Assembly (NCBI GenBank): GCA_039715075.1
Contig: JBDLIC010000002.1
Span: 2,108 to 66,107 of the forward strand
DNA: 64,000 nt
Direction: 5' to 3'
Source of the DNA: Nitrospirota bacterium
Lineage (GTDB): Bacteria; Nitrospirota; Thermodesulfovibrionia; UBA6902
The notes under the pieces were generated by a model that searched no databases, had not been told where the DNA came from, and was given only the letters and a program-made list of their open reading frames with translations. Each line of letters starts with the position of its first letter. The first letter of the stretch is position 1. This document shows, piece after piece, positions 59,161-64,000 of this stretch. Made by a program: the position numbers and the translations under genes.

Positions 59161-60093
59161 TTATTTTTTAACCTTAACAAGAAAGGTCAACCCGGTTTCC
59201 CCTTTATTTATATCAACTGCCTTGTCAGAAACACCGGCAGCTGCAAGAAGGGCGGCAATACTCTCCTCTGACCTGTAATTCAGTCTCCAGTCTGCAAGAT
59301 ATTCCATCCATACTCTGAATGGATTCCCTTCTACGGCATTGGCAAAAAACAGTGTACCATCACTTTTAAGTAGTCCGTTCAGGGCGTGCTTCAGGAAAAA
59401 GGAGACATGTTTATCAGACATGTGATCGAACAGTCCCCCGGTGACAATCAGATCAAAAGGCCCGTGTTTCTCCACCCTCCTCAGGGCCTGTATTATATTT
59501 CCCGGGACAACATGCAGATCCTTCAGATGCTCAAGCCTTTTCTCTGATAACTCAAGCGCGTCATTATCGATGTCGTTGATGACCAGTTCAAACTGAATGT
59601 GCTTTATATACCTTGCAATATCAAGGATGTCCCTGCAGCCTCCGCACGCGACCGACAGTATGCGGGGGTTTTCCCTGCCGTTCAGCAATGTATCAAGGAT
59701 AATCCTGGACTGATGCTGCAGTTTGTTCCTGTGCTGCTGCGCGATAGCAGAATTCAGTGCATATTCTTCAATATAGAATTCTATTGTCCCGTATGTTGAC
59801 TTATTTTCATGATCGCACAGGTATTCAATCGTCTCGAAATCCCCGGGATATTTTCTCGGCCATTCCTGCAGGCGTTTCACAAAGACTGAGCGGCCATGGA
59901 TATCTCTGGCAGGTTTTATGATTTTCTCTATATACTCCCGCGTCTTGCCTTTCTTTTCAGCTTCCAGTATAGAAAAGCAGAGTTCATGCATAGAGGCAAC
60001 AACTTTATGAAAAAGCTGATGGGTACCGTCAGTTATGATCTTCTCAAGTGCTGTAAAGTTTTTAACGCTCTGTTGTAATTTATCCATAGACAA
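59161..60093 (-). CDS. class I SAM-dependent methyltransferase with N-terminal helical domain
   Basis: Motif I ILSVACGGCRDILD and post-I LVINDID. The protein is 310 aa. Confidence 0.6.
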   Translation of the reverse strand: MSMDKLQQSVKNFTALEKIITDGTHQLFHKVVASMHELCFSILEAEKKGKTREYIEKIIKPARDIHGRSVFVKRLQEWPRKYPGDFETIEYLCDHENKSTYGTIEFYIEEYALNSAIAQQHRNKLQHQSRIILDTLLNGRENPRILSVACGGCRDILDIARYIKHIQFELVINDIDNDALELSEKRLEHLKDLHVVPGNIIQALRRVEKHGPFDLIVTGGLFDHMSDKHVSFFLKHALNGLLKSDGTLFFANAVEGNPFRVWMEYLADWRLNYRSEESIAALLAAAGVSDKAVDINKGETGLTFLVKVKK

Positions 60094-60384
60094 ACTCGAC
60101 AGGTGCTTATTCAGGTTAAACTTTATTTTTTGTAATAGCGTACGGGAATATATAGGTCAAGTAGAGATTTATATTATATCAGATCTCTCATTATTTCAAT
60201 AAAAATGAGGCTGTACGGATTTTCGGTCCAGCAGATTGAAAAGTTCAGATTTTTGGCAAAGCACAATCTGTTTGATTTACAGGGGAGCAACAAGCCGGAA
60301 ACAATTCTGCTCTTTGCCAAAAAAATCTCCTGCAGCATATGTTCTGCACTGCAGGAGATCCTTTCACTTTGCGGTTACTGAAAT

Positions 60385-60702
60385 TTACCCGCCGGCATAT
60401 CCGCCGGAAGGAAAGTCCTTCTCTTTTAGTGATCCTGACGTAGGAACGGATACACTCGCCTCACTGTCTTTGCCTAATGTGTTCCAGTCAACGGGACATT
60501 CTTTTGAGAAGATTTCCATCTTCCAGTCAATGTTATTGATCAGCTCATTCAGGTGTTTAACGTGAGAGCAAAACATACCCCCGCCTTTTTCGTCCATCAT
60601 CTCAATCTGGTCCACGAAGCTGCCCAGATTATCCTTGATACTGGAGAGCTCCGAAAAGAGGCAGTCACAGTATGCACTTTTATCGTCATATTTAGCAGCC
60701 AT
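60385..60702 (-). CDS. hypothetical protein (about 105 aa from the internal start)
   Basis: Start set at MAAKYDD, preceded by AAGGAGGG. No motif recognised. Confidence 0.35.
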   Translation of the reverse strand: MAAKYDDKSAYCDCLFSELSSIKDNLGSFVDQIEMMDEKGGGMFCSHVKHLNELINNIDWKMEIFSKECPVDWNTLGKDSEASVSVPTSGSLKEKDFPSGGYAGG

Positions 60703-61141
60703 TATCAGACCCTCCTTTCCCAGGTCAATTGACCTGCTGCCCGGCCGCATATTATTAACGGCCTGAACTGTTCTTCTACCTTCATCGTACTGCGATACCT
60801 GGCAGGAGTCAAGCAAAAACAGAAAGACTTAAGAGAGAATAAGAAAAATTAATTAATGCTATAAATCAGTCACTTATAATGAAGAATTCCCGCCGCAGAG
60901 ACAGCGGAGCATCGTTAGGTAAAAAAACTATTATTTTTAAAAATCCCCCCTCGCCCCCCTTTTCCAAAGTGGGGATTAAGTTAAAGTATCGTAGAACAAA
61001 GCTTCAATGCTGTCCTTAAGCTCACCACTCTATCCTTACGTTTTAAAAAAGTCTTATCATTCCATTTAACTCTATTTTTCAATTATTATAAAATTAAAGT
61101 TATAAACAGTTATTGGACCAAAATTTAAACAAGGTAAAAGA

Positions 61142-62338
61142 ATGATTTTTTTTCTTGTCTCATTTTGTATTTTAACTCTGACATATATATATATCGGCCG
61201 GCGGCTTATTGGCCCTTTAAAGAACAGTTTTCCCAGGAATATGATTTTATGGTTGATCTTGTTATCATTTATTTTTTTGACTTTGCTTCCCATTTTCTTT
61301 CGGCTGTATAATATTGAAAATTATTTAATAGATCTTTTGGCATGGGTTGGATACCTGAGTCTGGGATTCTTCTCCCTGGTTTTTACTTTTTTAATTGTTC
61401 GGGATACCATATGGCTTTTTACATTTGCTCTGAAAAAAACTGTTGTACTGACAAGTAATTTCTTTGGTTCCAACTCTAACACTGCTGAACAGTTTAATCC
61501 TGATCGTCGCAGTTTCCTTGCATCTTCCTTGAATATCGGAATCATTGGTGTCTCGGGTTCAATGACAGGATACGGTTTTTTTGAGGCCCGCGGTCGCCCG
61601 GATGTTGTGGAAATTTCAGTGCCTATCCGTAGTTTGCCGGATGATCTTGAAGGTTTCAGGATTGTCCAGATAACTGATATTCATGTCGGGCCTACTGTTA
61701 AGCATGACTATGTGCAAACCATTGTCGAACAGACAAACAGTCTTACTCCGGATATTATTGCTTTCACAGGGGACCTTGCAGACGGCTCCGTATCTCATCT
61801 TAAAAATGATGTTTCACCTCTTGCAGACCTTTCTGCACGTTATGGCTGCTACTTTGTTACAGGTAACCATGAATATTATTCGGGAGTGGATGCCTGGGTG
61901 CAAGAGGTAGACCGGCTGGGACTTACCGTACTGATTAACGAGCATCGAGTTCTGAAGCATGGCACAGGTCGTATCCTGTTGGCCGGGATAACTGATTACA
62001 GCGCTGAACAATTCAACAGGAGCCATGCTTCAAACCCGGAAACAGCCCTGTCCGGGGCTCCACCATGCCATTTAAAAATTCTTATGGCCCATCAGCCGCG
62101 CAGCATATATGCTGCCGCCCGATCCGGCTTTGACCTCCAGATTTCAGGTCACACCCATGGCGGTCAATTCTTCCCCTGGAACTTTTTCGTCACAGTATTG
62201 GGGCAGCCTTATATTGCGGATCTTCATAAATACAAGAGCACCTGGATATATGTAAGCCGTGGTACCGGATATTGGGGACCGCCGCTTCGGCTGGGTGCTA
62301 AATCAGAGATTACATTAATTAAACTGACCCGGGCTTAA
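61142..62338 (+). CDS. membrane-anchored metallophosphoesterase (calcineurin-like)
   Basis: Four N-terminal TM helices followed by the phosphoesterase motifs IVQITDIHVG, FTGDLADG and GNHEYY. Confidence 0.8.
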   Translation: MIFFLVSFCILTLTYIYIGRRLIGPLKNSFPRNMILWLILLSFIFLTLLPIFFRLYNIENYLIDLLAWVGYLSLGFFSLVFTFLIVRDTIWLFTFALKKTVVLTSNFFGSNSNTAEQFNPDRRSFLASSLNIGIIGVSGSMTGYGFFEARGRPDVVEISVPIRSLPDDLEGFRIVQITDIHVGPTVKHDYVQTIVEQTNSLTPDIIAFTGDLADGSVSHLKNDVSPLADLSARYGCYFVTGNHEYYSGVDAWVQEVDRLGLTVLINEHRVLKHGTGRILLAGITDYSAEQFNRSHASNPETALSGAPPCHLKILMAHQPRSIYAAARSGFDLQISGHTHGGQFFPWNFFVTVLGQPYIADLHKYKSTWIYVSRGTGYWGPPLRLGAKSEITLIKLTRA

Positions 62339-62533
62339 AGTCGTTTTCTATTAAATCTTTCATCAGAATGCAGGATTACAGATGCAACTCAATAAAATTA
62401 GATGCTGAGAGAAAACCTCAACAACACCTATAACTAAATGATTTGAGAATACAATTATTCATATATCACAAACCAATAACGAGAAGATACCTCGTTCATT
62501 ATCAACCGTTAAGAGTATACGGTAAAAAATAAT

Positions 62534-63652
62534 CTAGTTCTTGCCCGACGGTAACAGCCCCGGTCCAAAATCACCCTCGCCTCCACCTGTTGGAAGCATC
62601 GGCACTTCCTTAAAATCCTGTGGTATCTCACCGGTAAGTGAATGAAGAAAAGCCACGATGTCATCAACCTCTTGCATGCTTAATTCCTTATTGAGCATGT
62701 TTTTAGACATGAACTTGACCATATCGCGAAGACTATCTATAAGTCCCGCGTGAGTGTAAGGGGGAGTTCTCTCTACATTAAGAAGTTGAGGTACCTTGAA
62801 AAAGTATTTATCCTCCTCTTTTTTTGTCTTTTTTGCCCGTCCAAGATCATCTTCAGCTCCGGGCAGTATAACCTTGTGAAGATGAATCCCCATTTTATGA
62901 GACTCAGGGTGCTCCCTGGCATATACTTTCACCTTTGGATCATGCAGAGGGCCTGAGAAGGCAGGGCCGTGGTGACAACCTATACAGCCCTTTTCTACAA
63001 AGAGCGCCATCCCCTTTTTCTGCTGTTCAGTAATGGCATTGTCATCTCCTCTGAGCCATCTGGCAAGAGGGTAATTCGGGGTAACCAAAGTCCTCATATA
63101 GGCTGCTGTTGCCTTGCCTATGTTTTCCTCTGTCAGGAGTTCTCCAAAAACTCTTTTAGAGAGCTCCCTGTATTCAGGAAGCCTGTTCAACCTCTCGGCA
63201 ACTTCTTTCGGCCAGCTCCTTGTGGCCACATGTGATCGTATAGCTGCAAGCGCCTGATGCTCTAAGGTAGGCGACTCCCCTGCCCAGAATTGCACAGATA
63301 AAAAGGCCGCGTTCAGGACTGTACCTGAATTTCTCAGGTGAATCTCTCCGTTTATGCCGACCGACTTTCTCATTGGCTCTGCCCCGTAGTACGAGGGATA
63401 ATGGCAGAACACACAGCTCGTTGCTCCTGTCTTTGACACTCTTCTGTCCCAGAAGAGCATTTTTCCAAGTCTGATCTTCTCCGGTGTCATCTGATTATCC
63501 GCGGGTATCGGGGGTATGGCAGGAAGTGGAGTCAGAATAGACCGGTATTTTTCATATCTGGCCTGCTCAGCGTTTCCATTGTTTGCTGACACAAAAACAG
63601 CAGAAATCATCAGCAGGAAGATCCAAAGGGCCAAATGCCTTTTTGTGTTCAT
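62534..63652 (-). CDS. ccpA: di-haem cytochrome c peroxidase (CcpA/MauG family)
   Basis: Signal peptide and two CxxCH motifs (CVFCH, CIGCHHG) with the PTLRNSGTV-like CCP fold. Confidence 0.8.
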   Translation of the reverse strand: MNTKRHLALWIFLLMISAVFVSANNGNAEQARYEKYRSILTPLPAIPPIPADNQMTPEKIRLGKMLFWDRRVSKTGATSCVFCHYPSYYGAEPMRKSVGINGEIHLRNSGTVLNAAFLSVQFWAGESPTLEHQALAAIRSHVATRSWPKEVAERLNRLPEYRELSKRVFGELLTEENIGKATAAYMRTLVTPNYPLARWLRGDDNAITEQQKKGMALFVEKGCIGCHHGPAFSGPLHDPKVKVYAREHPESHKMGIHLHKVILPGAEDDLGRAKKTKKEEDKYFFKVPQLLNVERTPPYTHAGLIDSLRDMVKFMSKNMLNKELSMQEVDDIVAFLHSLTGEIPQDFKEVPMLPTGGGEGDFGPGLLPSGKN

Positions 63653-63891
63653 GGATTACCTCCGTGTATTTAGCGTTTAAGAGACTGAAACGTCATTTTA
63701 GTAAAATTTTAGTGCCAATTTTAGATGCCTAGTATGATTTAAATCATATCCGTCTTGCCGGATTCTATGTAACTTTGGACTTATCAGAAGTTACAGGGTC
63801 AAGTAAATGAAGCTAAAGCATATATGTGAAATTTTTCATTGGTAGAAGATAGTTCACAGTTTTTGTTTACTATCTCTTAAATATGCCGTAT

Positions 63892-64000
63892 GAAACACAA
63901 GCGTATAATTATAATCAGTGCTCTTTTTTTTGCAGCAGCTTCCGGACTGCTTTTTATTTATAGTTTTGAAGCGATCTTTTATTTCACGGTTCCAGTTGTT
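63892..64000 (+). CDS. 5' end of a membrane protein gene, truncated by the window end
   Basis: MKHKRIIIISALFFAAASGLLFIYSFEAIFYFTVPVV is a hydrophobic N-terminus running off the window. Confidence 0.25.

Noticed and set aside
61072-61293. 73-aa minus-strand ORF overlapping the phosphoesterase start
   Set aside because: AT-rich low-complexity translation with no RBS. It overlaps a well-supported gene.

Overview
This 64 kb window is a bacterial chromosomal segment from a metabolically versatile, anaerobe-like organism (about 45% GC); the phylum is not called. It is densely coding and mostly housekeeping. Genes found include an NRAMP metal transporter (truncated by the window start) abutting a soluble MgtE-N/CBS protein, ApbE, UvrA, metK and ahcY, a DUF885 protein, ftsY, atpB and atpE, and a 5S rRNA with tRNA-Ile and tRNA-Ala but no 16S or 23S rRNA. 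There is also an archaeal-type three-gene glutamate synthase, a phosphomannomutase, a large oxygen/redox-defence island, 2-oxoacid:ferredoxin oxidoreductase korAB, a PQQ sugar dehydrogenase, a Sco/caa3-type cytochrome oxidase/CtaB cluster and a di-haem cytochrome c peroxidase. The redox island comprises a two-CDGSH protein, rubredoxin, flavodoxin, rubrerythrin, hemerythrin, desulforedoxin, ferritin-like proteins, a cytochrome b5 protein and YceI. Accessory and unusual content: (1) a secreted tri-haem cytochrome, NHL beta-propeller and penta-haem cytochrome operon. (2) A degraded defence-type island: AAA ATPase, a BREX PglX-like methyltransferase remnant, an orphan 1137-aa TPR-rich protein, and Fic. 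The PglX-like gene is interrupted by a ~460-bp DUF559-endonuclease mini-element with a ~35-bp flanking duplication that recreates the gene start. (3) A periplasmic rhodanese with two in-frame TGA codons at the catalytic-cysteine position followed by a hairpin (a selenoprotein candidate). (4) A radical-SAM/SPASM enzyme preceded by a strongly RBS-driven 34-aa peptide and hairpins (a RiPP-like locus). (5) Several families of intergenic palindromic repeats, some built from tandem 7-10-nt units. No CRISPR array was seen.
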